Source: an uncultured Planctomycetales bacterium (lineage in GTDB: Bacteria > Omnitrophota > Gorgyraeia > Zapsychrales > Fredricksoniimonadaceae). From it: a DNA stretch of 64,000 nt. The position numbers were made by a program, and so were the translations under genes. Each line of letters opens with the position of its first letter. The first letter of the stretch is position 1. The stretch lies in contig CAZFNI010000007.1 in the NCBI GenBank assembly GCA_964520655.1, positions 6,398 through 70,397 of the forward strand. Direction: 5' to 3'. Below the pieces are notes generated by a model. The model worked only from the letters and a program-made list of their open reading frames with translations, was not told the DNA's origin and did no database searches. Below, piece after piece: positions 52,157-60,828 of the stretch.

Positions 52157-53006
52157 CAGCTACGCCGCAAAGACAGCGTGCCCGCTATCGGTATATCATT
52201 TTTCCAGCCTTTATGCCTGGAGTGATCATTTCGATTTTCGTTTTGAGGAGATCCGCGGCCAGCTGTGTGTTTTTGCCTGTCAGGGCAAGGATAGCTTTTT
52301 ATATTTACCGCCGTTGGGAGAAAGCATAGACCCTGAAGTTTACCGAGAGTGTTTTAAGCGCATGGGCCGAAGACCAATCGCCCGTATTGAAAATATTGTC
52401 GATTATCAAATTGCGGCGCTTGAGGGCTCTGGTTATAATGCCTATCAGAAGTCCTATGAATATGTGTACCGCACAAAAGACATAGCGGACCTTTGCGGCA
52501 CGGCTTATAAATCCAAACGGCATGATGTGAATCTTGTTGGAAAGAGTCATCCCCAGGCGCGTTTTCGTGAATTTACGCGCGAGGATATCGCTGGCTGCAG
52601 GGGCCTGTATCAACGCTGGTCGGATAGCCGGAAGGCTAAGAACAGCGACGTCATTTACGTGCAGATGCTGGAAGAGAATGCGCTTGTGCACGCGAAATTG
52701 ATGGATAAAGCCGCCGAGCTGGGATTAGTCGGCCGGGTAGTGGATATTGACGGGAAGATCGCCGGGTACACTTTCGGCTATGTGCTGAATGACGATACGT
52801 TCTGTGTTGTCCTGGAGATCGCGGATAACGAAGTCGCAGGATTAGCCGCGTTCACATTTAACCATTTTTGCCGGGATAAAGCGGTCCGGGATCTTCCCTG
52901 GATCAATGCCATGGATGATTTCGGTATGCCCAATGTCGCCAAAGCCAAAGCATCTTATCATCCCGCGCGCACCATCGCGGTCTATAATATTAAGGAAAAC
53001 ACATGA
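52128..53006 (+). CDS. DUF2156-like protein (related to the C-terminal aminoacyl-tRNA-dependent transferase domain of MprF/LPG synthase; GNAT-like fold)
   Basis: Motifs: LSVYHFSSLYAWSDHF.FRFEEIRGQLCVFA, YEYVYRTKDIADLCGTAYKSKRHDVN, LYQRW, and LGLVGRVVDIDGKIAGYTFGYVLNDDTFCVVLEIAD. The start is uncertain; as drawn it overlaps the upstream gene by 29 nt. Confidence 0.55.
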   Translation: MCLQYKPLFDSYAAKTACPLSVYHFSSLYAWSDHFDFRFEEIRGQLCVFACQGKDSFLYLPPLGESIDPEVYRECFKRMGRRPIARIENIVDYQIAALEGSGYNAYQKSYEYVYRTKDIADLCGTAYKSKRHDVNLVGKSHPQARFREFTREDIAGCRGLYQRWSDSRKAKNSDVIYVQMLEENALVHAKLMDKAAELGLVGRVVDIDGKIAGYTFGYVLNDDTFCVVLEIADNEVAGLAAFTFNHFCRDKAVRDLPWINAMDDFGMPNVAKAKASYHPARTIAVYNIKENT

Positions 53007-53623
53007 ACATTAATGGATTAGAGATTGTGGTCTTTGACGTGGAAACAACCGGGCTGTCGCCGACAGACGGGGATCGTATCATCGAGATCGCGGCCATGAA
53101 GGTCAAGGATTTCAAGGTCACTGACCAGTTCTACTCCCTGATCAACCCAAAGCGTTTTCTGCCCGCTCAGGCCATGGCGGTCAACGGCATTACCGAGGAA
53201 ATGGTGGCGGACGCGCCGTTCTCCGAGGAGGTTATGCCCAAATTCATTGATTTTATCGGCGGCGCCTGTGTGGCCGGTCATAATGTGAAATTCGACCTGA
53301 ATTTTGTCTGTTTTGAACTCTCGCTGTTAAACCGTAAGTTGAAAGACCAGACCCCGGCGATCGATACGCTTAAAATGGCCCGGGAATTATTCCCCTATTT
53401 AAGTACATACAAACTGACCTATCTGGCGCGCGCGTTAGGGATTAGCGTCGACGGGGCTCACCGCGCCATGACGGACGTGGAAACAACGGTCAAGGTCATG
53501 CTGCGCATGATCGAGAAGGCGCAGACGCAGGACTTGGGGCAGATCCAGAAATTCCTGGCTCAGTTCGGCGTGGAAAAACCGGTGTTCAAAGCTGTCCGCA
53601 CCACGGAATCGTCGCTGTTCTAA
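53003..53623 (+). CDS. DnaQ/epsilon-like 3'-5' exonuclease (DEDDh family)
   Basis: Exo I is VVFDVETTGL, Exo II is AGHNVKFDLNFV, and Exo III is HRAMTDVETT. ATGA overlap with the upstream gene. Confidence 0.8.
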   Translation: MNINGLEIVVFDVETTGLSPTDGDRIIEIAAMKVKDFKVTDQFYSLINPKRFLPAQAMAVNGITEEMVADAPFSEEVMPKFIDFIGGACVAGHNVKFDLNFVCFELSLLNRKLKDQTPAIDTLKMARELFPYLSTYKLTYLARALGISVDGAHRAMTDVETTVKVMLRMIEKAQTQDLGQIQKFLAQFGVEKPVFKAVRTTESSLF

Positions 53624-53627
53624 CGCT

Positions 53628-54848
53628 ATGCAGAAAAAATTATCATTTAACGGGGACGCATTTGCGGTTTTTAGCGCCATGGCCGACCGTCCCGGGGCGT
53701 TTTTTCTGGACTCCAGTTTGTTGTCAAAAGACGGGGCTGTTTCGATCATGGGGTTTGCGCCCAGCCGGATCATCAAAGGCGAAGATCTTGATCGCATGCG
53801 CAGAGTATTTTCCCTCAATCACCGCTTAAAGACCTTGGCCGTTGGATTTATTACTTATGAGGGGGGATTCCATTTCGGAATTTACCGCCAATGGATCACC
53901 ATCGACCATGCCAAGCACAGCATGACCATTCACGCGTCCACGCCAAGAATGCTAGCGGCACTGTGCGCCATGGTACGAATTTCTATGCGTTGTGATAAGG
54001 CTGCCGTTCATCAAGTCTTTATTCCCAAAAGTAATTTTTCAAGAACAGCCTATATGCGCGCGGTGAAAAAAGCGCTGGAGGCGATCAAACGCGGCGACAT
54101 TTACCAGATCAATTTATCCCGCGTGATCTTTGCTAAAATGCGCGTCGATCCTTTGCGGTTGTATGGGGCTTTGCGTAAACATTCTCCGTCGCCGTTTGCG
54201 GCCTATTATGATGCCGGCCGCGAAAAGATATTGAGCTCTTCCCCAGAGAGGTTTTTGAGGTTAACCGGCAGGCAGGTCCAGGTCAGGCCCATGAAAGGGA
54301 CAAGGCCCCGGGGACGTACATTATCAGAGGATAAACGGATGCGCCGCGATCTGGAACAAAGCCCTAAAGAGATCGCTGAGCTGTTGATGGTGACGGATTT
54401 GGAGCGTAATGATTTGGGTCGCGTGTGCAAAACAGGATCGGTCAAGGTTGCCGCGATGCGCACGATCGAAGCTTATGCTTCCGTTTATCAGGCCACAGCG
54501 GCGATCGAAGGGGTTTTGGCTTCTGGTAAAGGAGCGTTTGATCTGATCAAGGCTGCCTTCCCCAGCGGTTCAGTGACCGGCTGCCCCAAGATCGAAGCCA
54601 TGAAGATCATCAAGAAGATCGAAGGGATTCCCCGGGGCTTTTATACCGGCGCATTGGGGTACATTGATCCAAAAGGCAATATGGACTTAAGTGTCTTGAT
54701 CCGTTCGGTGAGTGTCTCACCCGGCGGACTGCGCTATCATGTCGGAGGCGGCATCGTCGCGGATTCTGATCCAAAGCGTGAATATGAGGAAACTGTGTTG
54801 AAAGCCAAAGCCATTGAATCAGCCATACGCGAGGTCAGCCATGCGTAA
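53628..54848 (+). CDS. pabB: Aminodeoxychorismate synthase component I (chorismate-binding enzyme, TrpE/PabB family; short form)
   Basis: Motifs: GDIYQINLSR, PSPFAAYYD, SSSPERFLRL, RPMKGTRPRG, LMVTDLERNDLGRVC, FPSGSVTGCPKIEAMKII and RGFYTGALGY. The pabB assignment rests on the adjacent class IV aminotransferase gene. Confidence 0.75.
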   Translation: MQKKLSFNGDAFAVFSAMADRPGAFFLDSSLLSKDGAVSIMGFAPSRIIKGEDLDRMRRVFSLNHRLKTLAVGFITYEGGFHFGIYRQWITIDHAKHSMTIHASTPRMLAALCAMVRISMRCDKAAVHQVFIPKSNFSRTAYMRAVKKALEAIKRGDIYQINLSRVIFAKMRVDPLRLYGALRKHSPSPFAAYYDAGREKILSSSPERFLRLTGRQVQVRPMKGTRPRGRTLSEDKRMRRDLEQSPKEIAELLMVTDLERNDLGRVCKTGSVKVAAMRTIEAYASVYQATAAIEGVLASGKGAFDLIKAAFPSGSVTGCPKIEAMKIIKKIEGIPRGFYTGALGYIDPKGNMDLSVLIRSVSVSPGGLRYHVGGGIVADSDPKREYEETVLKAKAIESAIREVSHA

Positions 54849-55578
54849 TTTGACGTTCTATTTAGACGGGGTTTATTTAAACAGCAATGAAAAGCTCCTG
54901 TCAGTTTTTACCCCGGGTCAGCAAAGCTATCGGGGGGTGTTTGAGACCATGCGCGTTGTCAACGGCCGTGTGGAATATCTGGATGAGCATCTCTTTAGAC
55001 TGTTAAAGGGATTGAAAACCTTGAAGATCAGCTGCCCGTCATCTTTAGCAGCCATTAAACGCATTGTCAGTACTGTGGTTAGCAAAAATCCATCTATTGC
55101 TTTGGGGCGTTTGCGGCTGATGGTTTTTGGTGAACAAGGACAAACACATACGGCCTGCATGGTCTTGCCGTATAAGCCTTTTAATGGCCGTCAGTATCGA
55201 GAGGGCTTAAATGCGTGTGTGATCAAAACAGCGCGGCCGGCGACCAGCCGTTATGCGTCGGTCAAATCTCTGGATTACGCGGTCTTTTCCAACGCCCTAA
55301 AGCGGGCCGTCTCGCAAGGGTATGACGAGGCAGTGCTGCTTAACGCGAAAGGATATGTTTGTGAAGCCAGCCGGGGGAATATTTTTATTCTCTATCAAGA
55401 TCAATGGCTGACCCCGCCGCTGTCGAGCGGTTGTTTGAACGGGATCATGCGGACGCTGGTGATGGGCCAGATGGATGTCCGGGAAAAGAACATCACACCG
55501 AAGATGCTGCGTTTGGCGGATGTTGTCGTGATGACTAATTCTTTAGCCGGTTTGATCAAGCTGGTTGTGGCCCCTTAA
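54841..55578 (+). CDS. pabC: Class IV aminotransferase-fold protein, probable aminodeoxychorismate lyase
   Basis: ATG 54841 overlaps the pabB stop by 8 nt. Motifs: GVFETMRV, HL.RL..G, and CEASRGNIFILY...TPPLSSGCLNGIMR. Confidence 0.65.
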   Translation: MRNLTFYLDGVYLNSNEKLLSVFTPGQQSYRGVFETMRVVNGRVEYLDEHLFRLLKGLKTLKISCPSSLAAIKRIVSTVVSKNPSIALGRLRLMVFGEQGQTHTACMVLPYKPFNGRQYREGLNACVIKTARPATSRYASVKSLDYAVFSNALKRAVSQGYDEAVLLNAKGYVCEASRGNIFILYQDQWLTPPLSSGCLNGIMRTLVMGQMDVREKNITPKMLRLADVVVMTNSLAGLIKLVVAP

Positions 55579-55596
55579 AGGCTCTTGAAGGGATGG

Positions 55597-55625
55597 TTGC
55601 TTTATTAACTCGTGAGTGATATAAT
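55597..55625 (+). promoter_or_regulatory. Strong sigma70-type promoter: TTGCTT, 17-nt spacer, extended -10 TGaTATAAT
   Basis: The -35 element is at 55597-55602, TG at 55617-55618, and TATAAT at 55620-55625. AAGGAGA (55644-55650) follows, 5 nt before ATG 55656. Confidence 0.5.
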
Positions 55626-55655
55626 GCTTATAATTCGACATATAAGGAGAGTGTT

Positions 55656-55919
55656 ATGAAAACAATTTTGATCAGAACGGCCGTGGGTGCGTTGATCTTA
55701 GTGCAAGTCGTATCCATCATGCTGCTCATCGACCAGAAAAAAACAGCAAAGGCACAGTGTATTCCTATCAGTTCAACCATTGCCTGTAATGCGTCTTTTA
55801 ATTTCAATGCGAGCGACGGTTCCTCATGCGGGCCAGTTGCTGTGGCCTGTTCCGGCGGTTTGATGACCGGGATAACCTATACCGGCGGTTCATGCGGCAG
55901 CCCAAGCGGCGGTACATAG
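55656..55919 (+). CDS. Small secreted or membrane-anchored Cys-rich peptide (87 aa)
   Basis: MKTILIRTAVGALILVQVVSIMLLIDQKKTAKAQ is followed by CIPISSTIACNASFNFNASDGSSCGPVAVACSGGLMTGITYTGGSCGSPSGGT, which has 6 Cys, is rich in Gly/Ser/Thr, and contains no Glu, Lys or Arg. The gene has its own promoter, a strong RBS and its own terminator. Confidence 0.6.
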   Translation: MKTILIRTAVGALILVQVVSIMLLIDQKKTAKAQCIPISSTIACNASFNFNASDGSSCGPVAVACSGGLMTGITYTGGSCGSPSGGT

Positions 55920-55948
55920 ACATTTGTTCTAAGGAAGTGTTGTTTAAA

Positions 55949-55991
55949 GCCGGTCGTTTTAGTAAGATCAAAATGACCGGCTTTTTCTTTT
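55949..55991 (+). terminator. Rho-independent terminator
   Basis: The stem GCCGGTCGTTTT / AAAATGACCGGC (12 bp including one G-U pair) has a 9-nt loop and is followed by TTTTTCTTTTT. Confidence 0.8.
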
Positions 55992-56004
55992 TGATCCTAT
56001 CGAG

Positions 56005-57462
56005 ATGAAAGTTATGGGTTTTCGCAAGAAATTAGATGATCTATTCGGGATAGACATACGGGCTTTGGCCATTATGCGCATCGCCTTCGCTTTATTATTG
56101 ATCGTGGATCGATTCCGTGATCTACCGTTCGTTAAAGAGTATTATTCGGATGCCGGTCTTTTGCCTCTAGCCTATGGAAAGATGCTGGTGCCACGCGAGT
56201 CGTTTAGTTTATTCTTCTTTAACGGTTCTTTGGAATTCCAGTATTTCTTACTATTCGTGTTGCTTGTGCTAACGGTGGGACTGTTGGTGGGTTATTATAC
56301 GCGCTTTTGCACGGTGATGATGTGGGTCTTGCTGGTCTCGATGCATAACCGCAATTGGCTTATCCTGGGCGCGGAGGATAAACTGTTGGATGTGCTGTTT
56401 CTCTGGTTCATATTCCTGCCGTGGGGGGCATGTTATTCGATCGACAGGCTGCGCCATCCGGAAAGAAGGCCTCCGGCAAGGGTCTTGTCAATGGGGTCCG
56501 CGGCGTTCTTGCTCCAGGTCAGTTTTTTTTACATTTTTGCCGGTTTTCTTAAATCATTCCCGGAATGGACCAGGGATCATAATGCCGGGTATTTGCTCTT
56601 AAGCCTTCATGAATTTGTGAAGCCTTTAGGCACAAGCCTGCTTTCTTATCCCAAATTCTTGGAATGGATGACGGTATTGAGCTTGAACATGGAGCGTTTC
56701 GGCCCGTTCTTCTTTTTTATCCCTTTTCAAACGGTCCCTTTTCGATTTGTCATGGTCATTATCTTTGTGATCTTTCATTTGGTCCTGATGGCCACGTTAG
56801 AGACAGGGATCTTTCAATGGGTGTGTTTGATCATGTTCATCGGGTTCTTACCCACAGCATTTTTTGACAGGATCCTGGGTAAATATGAACCGCACCTCCC
56901 GCATGAGAAGGGAAATGCCCGAGAGAAAAGATCAGATGGAGGGGCGGGATTGCCGTGGTATCTGAACCTGATCGTTGGATTTCTGATCCTTTATGGGTTT
57001 TGTTGGAATTTGCATGATCTCTTAAAGCCTGGCAGCCAGATGCCCAAAAGCGTGAAGTGGATCGGATGCGCGCTTAATCTGCGGCAGCACTGGGGGATGT
57101 TCGCTCCCGGCCCTATGCGTGATGATGGCTGGTTCGTGATCCCAGGGAGATTACGTAATGGGACAGAGGTTGATCTGATGAAGTCAGACGGGGCTCCCGT
57201 CGTTTGGGAAGAGCCTCCTTCTATCATGGATCTAAATCGATCGGATCATTTAACGCTTTATTATATGAATATCCACCGTCCACATTATTCGCATTTTGTC
57301 CACCCCTGGGGGAAATATTTGTGCCGGGAATGGAATGCGACACATTCAGAAGAAGAACAAGTTCTTACATTCAAGATCATATTCATGGAGCGGATGATAC
57401 AAAAAGATCTTCAGCCGCCTAAAATGAGAAAAATCGTTCTGTTCAATCAAAGATGTTTTTGA
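56005..57462 (+). CDS. HTTM-domain polytopic membrane protein (vitamin-K-dependent gamma-carboxylase / SdpB-like family)
   Basis: The N-terminus LFGIDIRALAIMRIAFALLLIVDRF.....YYSDAGLLP....LLVGYYTRF..VMMWVLLVSMHNRN.....ED.LL.VLFLWFIFLP.GA.YSIDR is typical of HTTM domains. The C-terminal half contains WGMFAPGPMRDDGWFVIPG.L.NGTEVDL. Confidence 0.65.
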   Translation: MKVMGFRKKLDDLFGIDIRALAIMRIAFALLLIVDRFRDLPFVKEYYSDAGLLPLAYGKMLVPRESFSLFFFNGSLEFQYFLLFVLLVLTVGLLVGYYTRFCTVMMWVLLVSMHNRNWLILGAEDKLLDVLFLWFIFLPWGACYSIDRLRHPERRPPARVLSMGSAAFLLQVSFFYIFAGFLKSFPEWTRDHNAGYLLLSLHEFVKPLGTSLLSYPKFLEWMTVLSLNMERFGPFFFFIPFQTVPFRFVMVIIFVIFHLVLMATLETGIFQWVCLIMFIGFLPTAFFDRILGKYEPHLPHEKGNAREKRSDGGAGLPWYLNLIVGFLILYGFCWNLHDLLKPGSQMPKSVKWIGCALNLRQHWGMFAPGPMRDDGWFVIPGRLRNGTEVDLMKSDGAPVVWEEPPSIMDLNRSDHLTLYYMNIHRPHYSHFVHPWGKYLCREWNATHSEEEQVLTFKIIFMERMIQKDLQPPKMRKIVLFNQRCF

Positions 57463-57473
57463 CCAATCCGTCA

Positions 57474-57501
57474 TTGCTCTTCGAGAATAAACAGGTATAA
57501 T
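57474..57501 (+). promoter_or_regulatory. Candidate promoter TTGCTC, 16-nt spacer, TATAAT, with the -10 box ending 7 nt before ATG 57509 (a leaderless transcript is possible)
   Basis: Read directly from the sequence. No Shine-Dalgarno sequence lies between the -10 box and the ATG. Confidence 0.35.
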
Positions 57502-57508
57502 ATTATCC

Positions 57509-58477
57509 ATGATTCGGTTATTGGCCGCATTCTTCATATTTTTTCCCGTCGTGGGAGTTCATGCCCAGGAATTGACATCGGCCATGCGTGCTAATGGCCC
57601 GTCGGCAGCAGCTTTGGAGCAATGGAAGAGCGGGGTCGATGCTATCCGGGGGCAAATGGATGTGTTGATACGCCAGAATGACCAGTTGACGCAAGTGTAC
57701 GATCAGGAAAGATCGCAGGAACAGCAATTGCTGCGGGAGATCGAAGAACAGCGTCAGAAAGTGGAGGCGTTAAAGGAATATTTACGGAAACGCGAGGGAA
57801 AAACAGACCAGGACCTGCGCGTGGACGCGTTAAACGGAGAATTACGGATCAAGCGCATGCAGATGGATAAGATTTTGCTCGAGTATAAGACCAGCCATGC
57901 CAAAGCACAGGATGTTCTAGACAGGGTTGAATCCAAACGGATGAAGATCTCCGCGTATGATCTTAAGCCAACAGAGCCAGCCGTTGAAAAAAAGGCCGTA
58001 GAGCCGCGCAAAGACCCGGCCCTGGAGGCTTTGCGCGCGGAATACCAGCGCCAGAAAGCGTCGGAGGCAAGATTAGAAGCCGGTATGGATCCGGCGCGGG
58101 AGAGCAGCGACGCGCTGGAGATCAAGCAGTTAGAGGTCAGGGTTGCGGCGCTGACGGAACAAAAGGCGCAGCTGATGAAAAAACCTTTGGCGGAAGATCA
58201 CAGCGCAGACAAATTGAATTTGATGCAGACTAAGAAGGATGAGTTGGAAAAGAAGATCCGCGCATTTGAGAGCAGGATCGAATCATTGAAGTCAACATCG
58301 GTGGTTTCTGGTTCCTGGGCGGCTGCGCGTAAAGAAATGGTGCGGGCCGTTGTGCAGGGGGATGCGCGTAATAAGAAATTAGCGAATGAGATCAAAGAAC
58401 TAAAAGAGAATATCGCGCTGCTGCGCAGCCAGATAGGCGTTTTGGAAAAACGCGTGCTTTTCAGTAAGAAACGATAA
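57509..58477 (+). CDS. Secreted coiled-coil protein (322 aa)
   Basis: Signal peptide MIRLLAAFFIFFPVVGVHA|QE. The rest is rich in Q/E/K/R/L with a heptad-like pattern (e.g. QEQQLLREIEEQRQKVEALKEYLRKRE and LKENIALLRSQIGVLEKR). Confidence 0.6.
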   Translation: MIRLLAAFFIFFPVVGVHAQELTSAMRANGPSAAALEQWKSGVDAIRGQMDVLIRQNDQLTQVYDQERSQEQQLLREIEEQRQKVEALKEYLRKREGKTDQDLRVDALNGELRIKRMQMDKILLEYKTSHAKAQDVLDRVESKRMKISAYDLKPTEPAVEKKAVEPRKDPALEALRAEYQRQKASEARLEAGMDPARESSDALEIKQLEVRVAALTEQKAQLMKKPLAEDHSADKLNLMQTKKDELEKKIRAFESRIESLKSTSVVSGSWAAARKEMVRAVVQGDARNKKLANEIKELKENIALLRSQIGVLEKRVLFSKKR

Positions 58478-58488
58478 GGAGCGATGAA

Positions 58489-58818
58489 ATGGCAAAAGCT
58501 GTCAGCCCGTCCACTGTCAGGGCATTGATCGAGGTGAGCATTACTCCTCAAAAAGACGTGGGTTTTGATCAGATCGCGGAACGCATTTACAGTTATCCGG
58601 AAGTTAAGACGTGTTATCTGTTGTCCGGTGGTTATGATCTATTGGTCGTCGTTGAAGGGGATAATATCCAGACCGTCGCGGATTTTGTGGCGGCAAAACT
58701 ATCGTCCATGGCCAATGTCCGCCAGACCGCAACACATTTCTTGCTGCGGAAATATAAAGAAGAAGGTCAAGTCCTGCATCACAGTAAGAAGGAACGCCGG
58801 CCTAATATTTCGTACTAG
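58489..58818 (+). CDS. Lrp/AsnC ligand-binding (RAM) domain-only protein
   Basis: ALIEVSITPQ.....IAERIYSYPEVKTCYLLSGGYDLLVVVEGDNIQTVADFV..KLSSMANVRQTATHFLL. At 109 aa there is no HTH domain. It lies immediately upstream of an aminotransferase gene. Confidence 0.65.
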   Translation: MAKAVSPSTVRALIEVSITPQKDVGFDQIAERIYSYPEVKTCYLLSGGYDLLVVVEGDNIQTVADFVAAKLSSMANVRQTATHFLLRKYKEEGQVLHHSKKERRPNISY

Positions 58819-58827
58819 GGAACATCT

Positions 58828-59979
58828 ATGCGCATTGCTAAAAAAGTTGAACAATTAGCGCCCTCGGGGATCAGGGCTTTCTTTGATCTTGTGCTGGGCA
58901 TGAAAGACGTTATATCGCTTGGGGTCGGCGAGCCGGATTTTGTCACGCCTTGGCATGTGCGTCAGGCGGCGATCCATTCCCTCGAACAGGGTTTCACGTC
59001 CTATACTTCCAATAAAGGCATGGGTGAGCTGCGCAAGGCCATCACGGTCTTTTTAAAGAGCCGTCATGGGCTTGATTATGATTTTGAAGAAGAGGTTTTG
59101 ATCACCGTCGGTGTTTCTCAAGGCTTTGACCTGGCCATGCGTGCGATCCTTAATCCCGGCGAGAAAGTGCTGATCCCGGATCCCAGTTATGTCGCTTACG
59201 GCCCGGTCGTGGAATTAGCCTACGGCGTACCGGTATTTTTGCCCACGTCGCTTAAAGGCGGGTTTAAGATAACCCCTGAACAGGTCGACCGCGCCTGTAC
59301 CAAGGGGGTCAAGGCCATTTTATTTAATTATCCATGTAACCCGACGGGGGCTTCTTATACGCATAAAGAGCTTTCCGCGTTGGCCAAGGTCTTTAAGAAG
59401 CATGACCTGATCGTTATCAGCGACGAGCTCTACGATGAGCTGACCTATGATTTCGACCATACGGCTTTCCCGACGTTGGCCGGCATGAGGGAACGCACAT
59501 TGTATCTCAATGGTTTTTCTAAGAGCCACGCCATGACGGGGTTTCGCGTTGGCTATGCCTGTGGCCCTAAGGATATCATCGGCGGTATGACCAAGATCCA
59601 TCAATACACCATGCTATGCGCGCCGATCACCTCGCAGATGGCCGCGATCGAAGCATTGAAAGATGGGCTTAAGGATGTGGCCTCCATGAAAAAGGAATAT
59701 CAACGCCGCCGCGATTTTATCGTCGGGGCTTTAAATGAGCTTGGGTTGACGTGCCATACGCCGCAGGGAGCTTTTTACGTATTCCCGTCAGTTAAGTCCA
59801 CCAAACAGACCTCCATGGATTTTGCCAAGCAGCTGCTGCAAGAGCAGAAAGTGGCCTTGGTCCCGGGGGTTGCGTTCGGGACATCGTGTCCGGACTGCGT
59901 GCGTATTTCTTATGCATCGAGTTATGACAATCTCAAAGAGGTTGCCGTGCGTCTGAAGGCATATTTGAAACAGCATTGA
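58828..59979 (+). CDS. PLP-dependent class I/II aminotransferase (aspartate/aromatic aminotransferase-like)
   Basis: Motifs: ISLGVGEPDFVTPWHV, YTSNKG, NYPCNPTGA, ISDELYDELTYD, and LNGFSKSHAMTGFRVGY (the Lys that binds PLP). Confidence 0.85.
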   Translation: MRIAKKVEQLAPSGIRAFFDLVLGMKDVISLGVGEPDFVTPWHVRQAAIHSLEQGFTSYTSNKGMGELRKAITVFLKSRHGLDYDFEEEVLITVGVSQGFDLAMRAILNPGEKVLIPDPSYVAYGPVVELAYGVPVFLPTSLKGGFKITPEQVDRACTKGVKAILFNYPCNPTGASYTHKELSALAKVFKKHDLIVISDELYDELTYDFDHTAFPTLAGMRERTLYLNGFSKSHAMTGFRVGYACGPKDIIGGMTKIHQYTMLCAPITSQMAAIEALKDGLKDVASMKKEYQRRRDFIVGALNELGLTCHTPQGAFYVFPSVKSTKQTSMDFAKQLLQEQKVALVPGVAFGTSCPDCVRISYASSYDNLKEVAVRLKAYLKQH

Positions 59980-59997
59980 TCCGGAAAGGTTTTAGAC

Positions 59998-60408
59998 GTG
60001 CGCAAGGAACACGCGAAGAAGCTGCCGAAATCCAAAGATGATATCGAATTTGAGATCGCTTTTTATGAGAATGTCCTCAAGGAAGCCCCGAATTTTATTG
60101 AAGCCTTGGTGGTGATGGGGGATCTGTACACCCGCGCCGGTTACTGGCAAAAGGGGCTGGATGTGGATGTGAAGCTCTCCAAGCTTCGCCCCCACGACCC
60201 CAATGTTCTCTATAATCTAGCGTGTTCTTACGCATTATTGAATCAGACCCGCGCGGCGCTTGCGGCGCTCGCCCAGGCCATTGAATACGGCTATGATGAT
60301 TTTGCCTATCTGCGCCAGGACGCGGACTTAAGCAATTTGCTCAAAGATTCCCATGTGCAGGCTTTCCTTAAAGACATGGAAAAGAAAAAGAAGAAGGCGG
60401 CCTCGTGA
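59998..60408 (+). CDS. TPR-like repeat protein (136 aa)
   Basis: GTG start. [63 protein letters not shown] is a helical-repeat pattern. Confidence 0.5.
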   Translation: MRKEHAKKLPKSKDDIEFEIAFYENVLKEAPNFIEALVVMGDLYTRAGYWQKGLDVDVKLSKLRPHDPNVLYNLACSYALLNQTRAALAALAQAIEYGYDDFAYLRQDADLSNLLKDSHVQAFLKDMEKKKKKAAS

Positions 60409-60824
60409 AGCATTTCCGCCGTGAATTGTTCTTTCATACGCAGACCCGCCGGGCATATATCAATATCACGCATCAGGTCCAGGAGGCGATCGACCAGAGC
60501 GGAATTCAAGAGGGGCTCTGTCTGGTCAATGCCATGCATATTTCCGCCAGCGTCTATATCAATGATGATGAGTCGGGTTTACTGCATGATTATGACAAAT
60601 GGCTGGAAAAATTGGCCCCGCATGAACCGGTTGGTCAGTATCAGCATAATAATACCGGTGAGGATAATGCCGACGCGCATTTAAAACGCCAGGTCATGGG
60701 GCGAGAGGTTGTGGTGGCTGTGACGAATGGTAAATTGGATTTCGGGCCGTGGGAACAGATCTTTTATGGCGAGTTCGACGGCCGGCGTAAAAAACGTGTG
60801 TTAATTAAAATCATAGGAGAATAA
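60405..60824 (+). CDS. YjbQ/UPF0047-family protein (secondary thiamine-phosphate synthase-like)
   Basis: GTGA overlap with the upstream gene. [53 protein letters not shown]......[58 protein letters not shown]. Confidence 0.8.
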   Translation: MKHFRRELFFHTQTRRAYINITHQVQEAIDQSGIQEGLCLVNAMHISASVYINDDESGLLHDYDKWLEKLAPHEPVGQYQHNNTGEDNADAHLKRQVMGREVVVAVTNGKLDFGPWEQIFYGEFDGRRKKRVLIKIIGE

Positions 60825-60828
60825 CAAG

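Noticed and set aside
53003-53623. The DnaQ-like exonuclease as part of a defence system
   Set aside because: There are no neighbouring nuclease, helicase, ATPase, reverse-transcriptase, TIR or Sir2-type partners. Its neighbours are a DUF2156-like gene and folate-pathway genes. It looks like an ordinary stand-alone DEDDh exonuclease.
55656-57462. The HTTM protein acting as a vitamin-K-type gamma-glutamyl carboxylase on the adjacent peptide
   Set aside because: The predicted mature part of the peptide contains no glutamate, so classical Glu carboxylation of this substrate is impossible. Only the looser analogy to SdpB-like maturation is retained.
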